64,000 nt of DNA from Lingula anatina (Eukaryota; Animalia; Brachiopoda): NCBI GenBank assembly GCA_051362555.1, contig CM120640.1:28234503-28298502 (forward strand), in the 5' to 3' direction. Position 1 is the stretch's first letter; each line of letters opens with the position of its first letter. The notes under the pieces are model-generated. The model did not search any database, was not told where the DNA came from, and worked only from the letters and a program-made list of their open reading frames with translations. Below are positions 12,301-27,323 of this stretch, piece by piece. The position numbers were made by a program, and so were the translations under genes.

Positions 12301-15300
12301 TTGAAGTTTTTCCTTTCACTCAATTAAGTACTTAAACTACCTTTGTGAGGTGGTATCATTTTTTGATATTGAATCACTGAAGGGCACAATATGGCCATTG
12401 TGATGACTGCTAGAATTTCCCTTGCCCTATTTTTGGGCTGTGAGTGTCAATATTTTTCTCGAATCTGATATGAATGATATCATAAAACATAACTCATATG
12501 TATACCTAGACCATAACTCTTTATCCTTCTTGTCACTGAGAGGAAACAATATCCAACAACCACCTGCATCAATATATTACACATTAGCCTTCTATTAAAG
12601 ACTTTTCTTTTATCTCTAAACACACACAAACATCTATACTTCAAACCTGTGGTTGTTTTCCACTAAAGAGAAATGGCCTGTGCATTGTGACCCGTGTTAT
12701 AAAATACATGTCTAATTGAATTATAAGTGCTTCTGACAAAAAGCTACAACAGGTCACCGATAATCATGTCAACAAGCCCAGCCTCTTGCCACACCAGTCC
12801 CACAGAAACAGGAGTGTGTGGGAGGTTCTTCTCTCACAAACAACCAGGTTCAAAACATCCTGCTGGTTTTGTTAAAAATAAAAAAAGCAACAAAAACGAA
12901 GTGATTTCATTTCTTTCATGTTTTAGGTTACTTGAGTAAAACAAATTGTGAATAACAAAATGTATTACTTTTTTTTTTTTTTTTTTTTTTTTAGAAAAGT
13001 CAGCTGTTCATCAGATCATACTTCTACCCGCATGTTAACTTATACTCAATGCTTTGTGACTAAGAGTAATTTTTTCACTAAAAATAATTTAAGAAAACCA
13101 AAGGACTAGTGCTTTGAAATTCAAGTTATTACACCAAAATACACAATGTTGCTCTGGAAAATTGTACAGCAATTAAAAAAGGGAAACTTTTTACCTTTTC
13201 TGAATGATCTGAGCACAGTATAGAGACTTCAATACTCAACAGCAGTTGACTTCCTATGGCTCTTTAATGAGAACATAAAAAGAAAAAAATAAACACCATT
13301 AATAGAATTACATACAAAAAAATGGCAATTCCTGCAACAAAAACCTTAACAAATTTATTCAAACAGCAAAATGTGCCTCTTTAAATAAATGGCTTAAAAG
13401 CATAACATTCCATATTGATTTCAAAAGCTCTAGTTGATTACCAAAACACTCAGATTATAAATGTACATTAAAAGATAATAAAAATACTAGTCATTCAGTG
13501 TGAGCTAGTCACCTGGGTAAATGAAATGGTTGTGTCCCCATGATATGAAATAGAATTTGGTCAGGTTGCCACCTGCCACTCCATATTGGGACAGGAAAAA
13601 TAATGTCATAATCTAAGCAGCAGGTATAAATAATGGTGACATTTACAGTAAATAGCCTCTTTGGGGAGGATATAAATATAGCTGGAGCATTTTAAAGTTA
13701 TCGTGGGTTGAAACAGGTGGCTATATGGTAGCAAAGATAAAAACAAATACAATTTAACTGAACACAGCAATTACCTTAAAACAAAAAAGATGACTGAGAC
13801 AGGATCTTGCTACATAATACTGATTTTAATGGGTTGAATGGTAGCCTTGACATGGGCTGAGCCCACATTATTACAATACATTATTACAATATGGCCCCAG
13901 TGTGTTCACAGCCAATCAACAAATAAGGCTGTGCAACCAATTCAGGGACTTGTGTTTAATAACAAACAGCCTTGGATCAAGGCCAGGCAATAACAAGTCA
14001 TTCTCTCCCTTTTTCCACAATGATGACTGAGCTTTACATCTATGTGGAATTACAGTGCATACCATCTGTGGTGAGTTGCATAACCCAGTCAGTTCCCATA
14101 TAGGTCTACAGGTGATAAACAAATGGAGGACAGTGGCCATTATAAAGAGATACAAGAGGCCCAAACTTCTGAAACCCCACAGGTGCAGCTGACATTATTA
14201 CAGGCACAAGTAGGCAATGGGAGACATTACAGCTGAATTACAACACTTACAATACTTATGTAAGGCGATAATTAATTGATAGTGAGCCCTGTTTAAATTC
14301 AGTGCACAGATATTGAGTGTAATGAGAACTGGCATGAATCACAAGTACTAAAAACAACAACTTCATTACAAGGTTATCACATGCAAGGTGTTGCATATAC
14401 ATAAACTAAAGTGCTTGTCGAAGATTACACTTTTATGGGTACCTATATTCGATTTCTGCAACATAAGATTATATCCAACGATTTCTTGTTCTATTTTTAT
14501 TGACCACTCTTTATGGTTTTAATTTATAACTCGATTACCAAATTCAACTACACTGGTGATAATGATTTTCAGGATTATATATCATTAACATAACATTGTT
14601 TACCTCTATTTCATCCTTCCCCTTTGTGGTCAGCTTTGTTAATGATAAAGCAAATGTGTGATAGCTCTGACCTTTATATTACCGTTTTTTATTTGCAACG
14701 AATGATATTTTTTTCCAAGAATCAACAGCCAAATTAATCATATACTGCATGTCATTTCACAAGACTGAAAATTTAGTCAGTTTAATACATGCATCAGCAT
14801 AAATCAGGGCTTTGCTGGGATGTGCATTTTTTCTTTTTTTTTTTTTTTTTAAGAAAATAAAACAGTTAAAAACTTGAAAATAATAACAAGTTGCTGCTTA
14901 AACAATTCAAGATCAAAACTAGTCTAGAATCTGCAGTGGTTGACATAATACAAGTTTTTGCAACATCAAAGCATATTTGGAGCTGCAAGAACCCTTTTTA
15001 AGAACAACTCTAGATTCCATCCTGATGGAAAGGTCAAGTTCTTTTATACCACACATTTTGTTTACATCTCACTTTTTGCAATTGATATCCTGGCAAGCAA
15101 AATTCATAAGGTTGTTCTGGTATAATTAGAGTAATATCTGTTTTCCCCAATGTATCAAAACATATTTGCAATCTCACAAAACCATTTTAATGATTTTCAT
15201 TTCAACTAAACAAGCAACTTCAAATAACTTGCGGCAGTTTTGTTTATTAAATTAACATGGTAAAAAATACCCAAACTAAATATAAAATAACATTATATCC

Positions 15301-17084
15301 ATCAAATTTTTTTATAAACATATCACATTATATTTAAATACTACATGTATTCTTTACAAATACAAAACAATGGAATCATATTTCTTCCATGAAGAGATGT
15401 GGAAAATTGGACCACAAAATTGCCTGAAATGTGTCACAGAAAATGCTTCATCATTCAGCAGTAACATTTACTCTGTAAATATCTGACAAATAAATGTCAA
15501 CAGGCACAGAATAAGTGTAAGAAGACTTTTGTAGTTAAACAACTTTGACAAAGAGAAAAATTAACTAGATACAAAATTAGATGATTTCCCCATTTCTCCT
15601 TCCAGTATCTGCAATGCAAATGGCTGAGGGAGGAGATAGTGAGGATATTTCAAATACAGTAAATCTTCCTTGATTTTATGACATAGTGCATAACTTATAT
15701 AAGAAAGATGTTCCTTCTAAGGCAAATCCTTATTTTTCCATGCCTTACTTCTAATGTGTTACATAAAGCACACATAGCACCCCAAACATACACAAGCTAT
15801 TTTCTTATTTGCTCAACAGATAAAAAAAAGGACACAACCACATATGCACCTGTTACATATCAGTATGCTCCTTTTCAAAATGGACAAACAAATATTATCC
15901 AGGCAACATACCATAAGTCACTTTCCAAATGATTTTACCCAAAAAAATTTGACCAGGCTATTTCCCACTGCTGGCCATATTATCACCTGTGTAGTTTTAG
16001 TCATTAAGATGCCATCTCGGGGCTGGATCTATTAGGTCTCTGTCCACCTGCTGATTGTAGGGAAGATAAACCTGGGCACAGAACATGTTGCACATATAAA
16101 GACAAGTTCTATAAGATAACAAGGTCTTTCCTCAAGCTAAGGGGTGGCTCAAGCTAAGGGGAGAAGACATTTCAATCTCTCTGTGAAAACTATGAATCAA
16201 CAAACAGATTGGGGGAAAACTCTTATGTTATCAGCTCATCCACTCACACACATGAAAAAATAGCTGTAACAGTCACCTTTGTGTTAAAATGACTGGTAGG
16301 GCACTATTACCTTTGAAGAGGGAAAACAAACCCAAGCCAATATAATTTGATCCTCCACTTTCATCCAGCTGATAAAACAAACACCATTTGACAATCATGT
16401 ATGTTCTATTCTGTTTTTAGGCATTCTACTATACAAAGGTCCATAGTTTTATTCTCAATATACACTTTCTTGTTTAAAAAAAAATGAATAATCATCAACT
16501 CAACTCGATGATAAATCACCCTTTCTAGCATGAAATAGTTGCATTTCCTGGTGGCTGTATGTGACTTATGTTAACATAAAAATTGTGTACTTTACAACAA
16601 GGTTGACATTGATTCGTATCTTTACATTGATACCAATCAGTGTTGTTTCTTCCCAGTTCAATGAAGGAACACACAACCTGCTGTTGGCAGATCATACAAC
16701 CAACAAAACTTATCAAATTCCTTACAACAACAGAATATATTGTTCTAAAACCTAAAAATATAACAAGCTAGGCTATTTAGCATTCAGCATGAGTAAGCAT
16801 CTTCTCAGGTTTATGAAGCTTGACATATCTGTTTTGCTGATGATACTTGGTGATGACAAAAAGCATATGGGGTATGGCAAAATCTACATGTCATGACAAA
16901 TTATATGTGTATTAAAAGTGCAATGATTTCAATTCCTTTGTAAAGAATGATAAACCAAAAAATGAGTGGCTAACTATGAAATGGTATATGATGTTGAGAA
17001 GCTTTTCCACCATGACAATTACAATATGAGAACCTTACCATTGAACCAAATACATTGTGACATTTTTAATACTGACAGTAATTT

Positions 17085-17257
17085 CTGGGGTAGCGCTAAC
17101 ACTCGCCAATTTAGCCAAATGCTAAAACTGACTTCAATTGGCTAAAGAAAAAGGGCCTGATTTGACTTGTTTTAACCAAATTCTAACCATTTTGATAACA
17201 AATTGACAAAAATGTGATTTGGCTAAGCAAAAAAAAAAATTGCTAGCGCTACCCCAG
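17085..17257. mobile_element. MITE family A, copy 1 (~170 bp)
   Basis: Terminal inverted repeats CTGGGGTAGCGCTA...TAGCGCTACCCCAG. A near-identical copy lies at 31628-31801 and a diverged copy at 35092-35262. Confidence 0.85.
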
Positions 17258-18639
17258 AATTTATATATTTTTACACTATAATTCCAAATACACCAACCAA
17301 TATAAACCTTAAAAAAACTATTGTAAAACATTGCTTATGACAGGATGTTCAGGCGTGCTAATATAAATCTATTGTTAAAATGTGAACCTTTAAAAAATTT
17401 TTTTTTCAGTATTATGCACTTCAGATAAAAGGATTATGGCATTGTTTTGAGCTTTTGAAAGTATGACCAAACTTTTACTATTTTAGTTTTGTAGGATATT
17501 GGCTTTTGAAGGATATTGGTAGTTTTTTTTTCATAAGGAGTTTGATTAACAAAAGCAAATGACCAAACTACCAAAATACACCAATACCAAAATAATATAT
17601 TTGCCCTAGCAATCTTATTGCTTATGTAATAAGTAATCTGGTTAATCATAGAAAATGGTTCAAGGCAATCAAGTGGACAAAACAAACAAGTAAATTAATG
17701 GTCATAAGCTACTGGTCAGGTAATTCCCACCTGATTAAACCTACCTAATATGACTTTCCCCTTATCCCACGGGGACACCCTTAATGAAAAGACTCCTAAT
17801 TGACAATATATGTAAATTGGCTAATAAATTAACTGTGGGCCCTACTGTGCAGAGATGGCCAATATAGCCCCACCATGCATAATTACAATGACAGAAGTCT
17901 GTATACTTTGGATAGGGAGTCAAAAGTTAACCCAGCTTGTTAATATCCACAGAAGTAAAATTTGCATCTGTCATGTATACTAACACGCTGGTGCCATGCT
18001 AATGACTTAATTAAAACCCATTGGCTGCAGTAATGATACATCTTCAACAATTACTGAATACAATTAACCTGCTTTGTCCTCAACTCCAAATTAAATAATT
18101 CATCTACCTGATTCATCTAATATGCTAAAGTTGTCATTCTCACCTATGCTAAACATCAAAATACTGCAGGGTTTTCATGGACAACAGGCACTCCACATTC
18201 AATTACTCTTCTGCTACTGGTTGCTGTCAAATGTGCCTTGGTAACCACTGCTTGGAACTGTGCAAAAAGCAATTTGTAATTAGCTCAGGGATATCAAGAT
18301 CTACAAACATCATCAATCATATTGCCTTTGGAAAAAAATTAGCTCACAAACATTTATAAGATAGATATCAATCGATTGTTTAATGCGCCCCAGTTAAACA
18401 AATATGGGGACTGATTTAATTTTGTTAATTGCAATCCTCAGTTCCTCCTTTGAAGTGAAGCACACATCATACATTGAACCATCTCACATTTTAAGAAGAA
18501 ACAGAATTCAAGTCATTAAGTGATAAGTACATTTTTTTCTCCTGGATTTCTTACACATCAACTTGGCTTGCTGCCTTTAACAGATCCAAACAAAGTTGAA
18601 AAATGAATATTTATTATTCTGCAGCATTCAAGCTGTAAG

Positions 18640-18643
<4 letters not shown>

Positions 18644-18730
<87 letters not shown>
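18644..18730. repeat. (TA)n microsatellite
   Basis: Perfect TA run of about 87 bp. Confidence 0.97.
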
Positions 18731-18732
<2 letters not shown>

Positions 18733-19352
18733 AGCAATCCATTTAAACTATTTATGAAAAACACATTAAAACTAACAGTAAACATCAGACCGAGTTTTTG
18801 TAAACTTGAAATTATTTATGTCCACCAAAATCCTCCTTTTGTGTCAAAATAAATGTCTGAATAAAATGTCTATTTCGCAAGGCCATTAGATAAATTACTT
18901 AAGCCCATTAGGAGCAGACAATTTCAAAATGATGCTATATTATTATGTTCTCCGCTTTTTTCTTAACTTCAATGTGTAATTACTAAAAATACAAATTATT
19001 CCTGATTAAGTAGCATTGATACACATTAAAAAATCAGATTACTTGAAAACCCAAAACAACAGAACAAGAGCAAGATTCTAAAACTGGTGTAGAGTTCCAA
19101 TTATGAGGGAGAAATAAGGTTTTAAATGTCAAGAAACATTTTCATTGTATACAGTGATATTATTCAATATGTAAAATTCTGATTAACCAACAGTATACGC
19201 TGAATTAATATTTTTTATGAAAACATACTATTGAATTAAACCAAATATATGCCAATCTTTAAAAAAATGAATATTTGCTTATGTCCATTTTAGCTTTTCA
19301 CTGCAGTAACAACAGATAATGATACTTTTAATAAACAGAAGCCAACAGTAGG

Positions 19353-19353
<1 letters not shown>

Positions 19354-19390
<37 letters not shown>

Positions 19391-19405
19391 TGTGAGTGAG
19401 TGTGT
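19354..19405. repeat. (TG)n/(TGAG)n microsatellite
   Basis: Seen directly. Confidence 0.9.
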
Positions 19406-19902
19406 GCGTGCACACAAGTGTGTACCATTATAAAATTAGAAATTACTTTAAAAAATATCAATATAATATCTGAACAACAGAATATCATAAAGTTATCTTT
19501 TTAAAAGACAGACCAAAAAATCGACTCACCCAATCTGTACAATCCACTCCTTTGTTTGTCCCTTTAAATCTGGCACTTTAAATCGGGCACAGTTCTAAGG
19601 ACGATGTAAAGACTGATCTAGTCAGTATTTCATAAACGTAAGTTCATTTATTTACCTGGTGCTTATTACTGCTGACTAAACATTTCTCAGAATGAAGTCA
19701 CAGGTCAGATGAATCACAGATAAATTAGTGGACACCTGCTTTTATAATCCCTGCTCTGACAGCTCTGTGGATAAAGTTCAAGTGAAGTATTCTGAGATAC
19801 CTTGAAAACCCGGCGTCCATGGTGAGGGCAATGTGAAATAAGTGCCTTGAACTGTAGGTGATATATTTATGTACACATTTTGATGTCAAGACTTTAAGTT
19901 GA

Positions 19903-20095
19903 ACTTACCTTTTATATTACTTTCAGGAAAATATTTTGCAGATTTCCTTCCTGGGACTTGTCGCCATCTTGGGTCTATTTTTATCTTATTAATTTTCCGA
20001 CCTCCTTATATAAAAGAGGTAGTGCCTTGTTTACACCGTGTCGCTAGTGTCGCTGTCAGTTTGACAGTCCATATCTCTATGAATTACGACCGATA
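19903..20095 (-). promoter_or_regulatory. Probable promoter and non-coding first exon of the CXXC gene
   Basis: Local CpG-retaining patch in otherwise CpG-poor DNA. TATA-like TATATAA at about 20006-20012, YY1-type AAGATGGCG at 19970-19962, and a consensus donor AAG|GTAAGT at 19909/19908, all on the - strand. Linkage to the 9363 acceptor is inferred. Confidence 0.55.
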
Positions 20096-20940
20096 ACATA
20101 ATAATTTTGGCACATGAATGATGTTGCTGTTTGAAAAAACTTATTTCATTTCAACTCGCTTTTTGTTAGTAAAAAATTAACTGTTTTTCCATGAATAAGA
20201 AAATGTATTCGAAATATTTTTTAAATGATAAATATACATTTGTAGTAATAAAACATGGATTCTCAATCTACGTGTCCTGCAAAAGCATATAAGTTGCGAA
20301 AAATGTTTGTCTCAGATGTGTATTCTACTGAAGTTCTAAATGCAACTAAACTTAGTTCAAAAATTATTTTTCAAAATGGACACAGTAATTATATGAAGTT
20401 AAAATGATAACATATATTTATAGTCTAAAATCCACGTTCTGTAAACTTAACAAATAAAATACGAAGTTAAAAAGAGTACTTTAAATTGAAAAGTATTATA
20501 AAAAAAAAGTAAAGAGAAATGTGTCTAATTATAATGTTCTGTGAAGTATGAAATATCCACTCAAAAGACAAGTTTTCAGTTTTCTATTACAATCATCTGC
20601 TGAGCTACGTGTGGGGCCCTTGTATACAAAAAAAAAAAAAAAAAAAATCATTCCAAATATTTTGATCCTTGCCCTTTGAGGCTTTTATAATAAATAATTG
20701 GTCCTTAGATTTTAACATGCGATTTGGTGTGTGTTGGGATGCAAGTTCACAGTGACAATCTAGTGAAACTTCATAAAAAGCAGCAGGGGCATACGTTAAA
20801 AATTTAGATAAAATCTGCCCATTTACAGGTAACCTGTGAAGTTCTTTCAAAATCAGTGTCATGTGATTCCCCATAGAAGTCCAAGTAAGAAGACGCGCTG
20901 AGATATTTGGATGCATTTGAATTTCCTTGTTCTTTTTTCA

Positions 20941-21186
20941 TTTTATTTATTTATCAATGTTTTCACATTGAGAACATATAACAATATCATTTAACCTGGA
21001 GGGTTCACTCTCTCATTGATTATTTTTATGAATATACACAGGTTTTTCAATATATTGATATTCTTGGAAGCAAAAAGATTGTGAATTGTAGGTGTTAGGT
21101 CTGTTAATAAAATAGTCAGGTACCAACCTTTTTCTATCATTTATGAGTAAATCACTATCCATTATATTATGAAACTCATCACCCAT
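20941..21186 (-). mobile_element. Decayed 3' end of a LINE (RTE-X-like ORF2 C-terminus; clade uncertain)
   Basis: The minus strand reads MGDEFHNIMDSDLLINDRKRLVPDYFINRPNTY/(frameshift)/LFASKNINILKNLCIFIKIINERVNPPG*, followed by an AATAAA-rich end. This resembles the GDEFH...RPN...LCxFIKII terminus of invertebrate LINE ORF2 proteins. Confidence 0.65.
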
Positions 21187-22097
21187 ACGACCTCAACTAA
21201 TTCTAATTTTCTGCCAAGACTCGATACATTTTTTTTATTGGTGAGGATATCAGGATTCTTTTCAGGGGAAAGGGAATATTTATCTTTCTAAGTAAATCAC
21301 ACGTTAATTGAATAATAAGTGAAGTTCAGAGCTGTATTTTATATAGGAGCTAGGGTATTTTTTTGGTTTGTTTGTTTGTTTTTGGGTTTTTAGCAGTTAA
21401 TATATTTTTTTCAAAACAATACATAGGCATTTGCTATAGTTTTTTCTAATAAAAAATATACTTTCAATAACATCCCTTTACTGCATCAACATGATTTTGT
21501 TGAATGGATATGCATTCATCAGAAGCATATATTTCATTACAGCAACAGCTTATCAACAAGTGGCTGATTAATGCTTCAATTCTCTTCATTAGCACGTAGG
21601 AGTTATAAATCATTAAGTGTGTAATAGTACACACAAACCTCCAGTGACACCACTCCTTGAACTGTTCTAGAAAACAGATCCATTAAATGTAGACCCAAAT
21701 CAAGTAATTATTCTATAGACAGAAAAAGCAAAGGGGATTACATTATTGATGGCACTAGACATTTTGACATTTGATCTATAGACATTTTTATTTTTGCTAC
21801 AAAAGGAAATTCTAGGATATTGCATTCAATAATTGCTTGTAAGGAAGATAGTTAACTTCACTTTTACAGAATTTAAATATCACAACCATTAAATAGTCAC
21901 ATATATAGAGTTTAATGAAGTATAAATATAAAAGTCCTTCATTATATGGCTACATTTTCAGAGTCATTACTGAGGACCTCCACAAGGATGATATTTATAG
22001 GCACCAAACAATACATACTGTTGCTTGTTGGCAAGATAATTGCACAGTCATGGAAAATATATTCAAATTGCTGTGTTGTAGAAATGTGAAAATATGA

Positions 22098-25000
22098 TTA
22101 GTCAAACTTGTCACATTCTTGTTTTACAGTATCTGCTCTCTCTGGTTTCTGTAATCTCTTAGCACCAACAGCTGAAATAAAAAAAAATGAAATGAATGTT
22201 ATTAACAATAATCAGTGACTTCATCTAATATGCACAATGTACACAAATCAATACGAAGTACATGTCACTAATCACATACCCACATATTGGTATACACAGA
22301 AAAAGCATCCCTTTGGGATCAGTGAAAATCTCAATGCACAATGCAGAAGCTAAAAATGTTATTATCCTTAGCAACACTCAATGTTGTTATAAGAAATGAC
22401 TTTTTAAATAGAACTACTGTTTGCAGTCTAAGACCATGTTGCTTTTTCCTTGTATCCAACTGACTCCAAAATAAAAACAAGGCAGCAAAGCTGTCAAATG
22501 TACAGACAAAAAACAGGAAATAACTATGCACAAAATAGGCTACTGTCAATTCTGATGCAAAAGAACATTATGTTAAACTGCAAATTCAACATCAAATTTT
22601 AATTATCCTCAACAGGTAATACCAATGTAATTAAAATATGTGACAAGTTTACACTTTGAAAATGTATAACTTCCAGAAAAAGAAGTCACTTAGACTGCTT
22701 TTCCAACTCGGACTGCATTTTAGTCCTGTATTTCTTTTTTGAAAGTTTGGCAATCATAAGTAACATGGTTTTCCCATAATGGTCATCATGGCAGCAGCAC
22801 CCAAAATTGTGTTTTCTTCTATCCTGCCGATTTTCGAACTTGACCTGCGTTATAGTAAGATAGATTACTCCTGTGAGTTTCATGACAAAAAGCCTATCAG
22901 TTTTCCTTGAAATGTGTTTACAGTGTTGCATATATGCTGAAAAGTAAAAAAACAGCATAACTTCTACAATAATGGCCCGATCATGCTGATTTTCGAACTT
23001 GACCTGCATTTTATGAATATTCATCAGCTCTGTAAATATACAGCCAAAAAGTAAAACTTTCTTCCACTTATCGTGTTTACAATGACAGTGCACGGCGCCG
23101 GCGACAGCGACAGTGATGGCAACGACGACGACGACAGACGCAGGTGATGGCAATATGTACAGACACATCTGTACATATTAATTGTACTGTTTGAGAACAG
23201 TAAGTGACATGGTTTTTCTTAAATGGTCATCATGGGAGCAGTGCCCAAAATAGGTTTTTTCAAATTTTGATGCAGTACATAATGTTTCACAGCATAATGA
23301 CCATCAATTTTAATAATAAAATATTAGTATTATGGATATTCAGAAAATGTGACTAGCAAAGGTCTTCAGGCCCATGGAACTTCAAAGTCACACCTTAAAA
23401 ATGCCAAAATGTAAACAAGACTGCACTGTTCTGAAATGGGTTTATTTCCATTTTTAACACTTTTTTAACATAAAACAAAATTAATAGGATACTGCCATTT
23501 TTTATATGATCAACTAAGAAAATTGATGAGATGTGAAAAATATCAATAGAACAGTGTTTAATGTCCAATTTCTTCCATTCTGAGATTCTGAACATAGTGA
23601 ATGATTGAATCTGACAAACTGCAATGATATGAGTTTATTTCCATTTTTGACACTTTATTACACAATACACGATAACAAGTTTACCATCATTTTTACATAA
23701 TCAACTAACAATGTTGTAAAGATGAAGGAAATGTCAAACAAACACTTTTACGTATCTTATTAGTTCAATAATGAGACTGTTAACATGCCTAAGAACTGAA
23801 TCTGTAGAAATGTGAAACAAGACGGCACTGTTCTGAAATGTTTTTTTTTCCCATTTTTAACAATTTTTTTACACAAAACAAAATTAACAGTTTACTGCCA
23901 TTTTTATATGATCAACTAAGAAAATTGATGAGATGGGAAAAATATCAATAGAATAGTGTAAAATGTCCAATTTCTTCCATTCTGAGATTCTGAACATACT
24001 GAATTATTGAATATGACAAACTGCAATGATATGAGTTTATTTCCATTTTTGACACTTTATTACACAATACACGATAACAAGTTTACCATCATTTTTACAT
24101 AAATCAACTAACAATGTTGTAAAGATGCAGGAAATGTCAAACAAACACTTTTATGTATCTTATTAGTTAAATAATAAGACTGTTAACATGCCTAAGAACT
24201 GAATCTGAGGAAATGTGAAAAAACAGCATAACTTCTAAAATTATGGCCCGATTATGCTGATTTTCGAACTCAACCTGCGTTTTAGTAAGATTGACCACTC
24301 CTGAGAGTTTAATGACAATTGGCCTAACGGTTTTCCTTAAAATGTGTTTACAGGGTTGCATATATGCTGAAAAGTGAAAAAACAGCATAACTTCTACTAT
24401 AATGGCCCGATCATGCTGACTTTCGAACTTGACCTGCGTTTTATGAATATTCATCAGCTCTGTAAATATAAAAGCAAAAAATAAAACTGTGTTCCACTTA
24501 TCGTGTTTACAAGGAAAGTGCACGGCATCGACATCGGCATCGGCATCGGCATCGCCATCGGCGACGACGGCGACGACAGACGCAGGTGATGGCAATATGT
24601 ACAGACACATCTGTGTCTGTACATAATGAAGATAAATAAATATACATATAAAGTTACTATCAACCAATTTTACAATAATGTAAATTAAAATTGTGCTGAT
24701 GGTATTTTTAATCTAGGAGAAATTGGCCTGCTTGCATTTTTCAAGAAAAGGTCTGCAAATGTAAAATCACTACTAAATCTTTAAGAAAAAAGTGTAACAT
24801 AAAGATATGCTTGCTTTGCTAATTCTACTGAACTTAACAATCACAATGGACTTGCTTGTTTTATTTTTTACAACATTTACACAAAAATGTGCAGCAACCA
24901 CACTTTCAGCACATACTGAAATGAACATATTTACCAGACACATGGCAAACTTCAGCTTCTACTCCCAACCTCAGTAAATAATCCAACCACAGGATCTGTT

Positions 25001-27290
25001 TCACAGACAGCCTGTCATTTGGCCCTTTTACCTCTACTATCTGAAATAGGCAATATGGCTTATCAAATTCATCATCAATTAATAACTGAAAGCACAAATA
25101 ATGTGCAGATTAAAAAGCTCACTATTTATCTGAGTAAGAAAAAATAATTCAACCTAGAAAAGGTAAGTCATCATAAAATACTTTTATTTCTTACATGACT
25201 ATTTTCAATCAAAGAGCTCCTATGGCAAAACAACACTAAAATTTAATAGACAATAACTATTCAGAGGATTATTCATTAGTTCATCATACAAATAACCTAT
25301 GGGATGCATATGTTATTACATTAATCAATTAAGAATGAAATGTACATAATATTTGACATACTTTTTGCAGTGATAAACAAGTATAAATTCCAATTCATCT
25401 GACAAACAGACATAATAAAGCCATAATTACACATCAACAAACAACTCAAACTAATGATTCATTCATGAAAAACTGAACACACCCAAGCTCTCCTAAAAGC
25501 AATAAAAGTGTGTTATTTGCTACTGTCTATTAATAATTAAACCACCTTTCATCCTTCCACAAAAAGCATTTAGCAATAAATAACAATCTTTTCCATATAT
25601 ATTCATTGATAGAAAACTGCTTTTTTTTTCAGTCTTCTGAAGTCTATGAATCATTTCACATCATGCAGTGTTCAGTTTTACTGAAGCATAAGAAGAAGCC
25701 CTGTATAGAACAAAACCATAATAATTCACAAATAAGGCCTGGCCTGTTATTGCCTGCTATTTTGAACTCATGCCAAACAACCTATTGGAAATAAAGTTCT
25801 CTGGGATGTGCTTATATGGATTCCTGAGCAATTTCTGTGTAGAGTGGAAATGGGCCAGAACTACCCTGAGTGTCAGAGGGGCTATTTTAGAGGGACCTCT
25901 AGGGACCTGTGAAACTCGGGGTGGTCATAGCTAGAATCAGATCATTTTTTTGATGGAGGTTAACAGAAAAAAAAATGTAGTGAATATTCAGTTCTGAATC
26001 AGTAAACAATATTGAAATATATCTCGTACCTTGAATTTGTTGGAAGCAGGACTCCACACTGTCAGATCTGGAAATCCTGAAGTTGTATTACGGATATCTC
26101 TGACTATGCGCTGAAATATACCTGCTAGAATTTCACCACCTATACATGACACAAGCCCCTGTAATGTGAAATAAAGAAAAAAGTCTGCAGACAATAACTC
26201 ATTTTTGCAAATTGTTGCTGGGATATGGAAAGGATCTTTGGGAACTTCCACTATCAGGGATCCTGCATATTATAATCATGCTTTATGTTGTTTTGAGAAC
26301 ACCAGACATGCTGAAAACTTTTCAGAATGGCCGGACATTTGGACAGGCAGTATTGAAAAATTTGCTGGACCGAATGGATTTTTGTCGGACCGAAAATCAC
26401 CCTATTCATTTGAGACAGATACTACCAGCGCAATTAGGTAACTTACTTTGTTTGTGAATGTGATAGATTTGAAATGGAGGGGAAAAACGCTTTGGGTTTT
26501 ATATAATTTTATTAGTCAATTATGTCGAATGATGACAGTAAATTCAAAATTGTGGTTCTTAAAAGTCTGATTTTTTGCTGGTTCAGACAAATTTTCCCAG
26601 TCATGACTGATCGGACTGACAGTTTCAGCATGTCTGGGACACTAAAATAAACTTAATTTAGAATGTATTTTCTTCAAACCCATTGACACAACAAATAGGA
26701 TAAGGATAAATAATTTGGAAAAAAGTGAATGAGAGTGAATATGTTCAATTATTAAATTGTTACTTAAAGGTTACACTATTGTATAATCATTGTTACGAGC
26801 ACATACCAACTCCTTTGCAACTTATAAATAAATAAATACTAATAATAATGATATAAAAGTGATTAACATCACAGCCTGTTTTCATTATGCAATTCTTATA
26901 AATAACCTGTGCACGTTAACTCTCATCCTTCTTTTGTTTATCATAACCTAAATTTTTCATTAAAAACACCATTCATTTCCTTCACCATTTCTTTTCCAAG
27001 ATTTTTTCTTTTAACAAAATTGAAAACTGTGGCAAAATCAGTCTAATAATACTGTTTGCAAACAATACCTGGTTCCCATAAATTAATAATGTAATTTGGC
27101 ATCAGACAAAATATCCTAACTATAATTTATAACTTCCATAAATTAAGAAATGAAGGATGCCAACATTATTTGATGAAACAGCATCTCCTAACATCCCTTG
27201 TTAAAATATGTATGATGTTGTGACACAAATTATATTTTGAAAAATCTCAAAAATGGAAAAAGTTCTAAACTAATACAATGATTAATTTTG

Positions 27291-27323
<33 letters not shown>

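Noticed and set aside
18558-18785. 75-aa ORF with an IYIYIY run
   Set aside because: Translation of the (TA)n microsatellite.
19279-19488. ORF with an HTHTHT run
   Set aside because: Translation of the (TG)n microsatellite.
23407-24440. Tandem repeats as a possible CRISPR-like array
   Set aside because: Units are ~159 and ~400 bp without short constant repeats and unique spacers. The context is a eukaryotic intron with no cas genes.
22686-24667. Paralogous-looking 160-aa and 166-aa ORFs (and the related 63665-63853 ORF)
   Set aside because: They lie inside the repeated HINE-like element and their similarity is just repeat similarity. There are no protein motifs.
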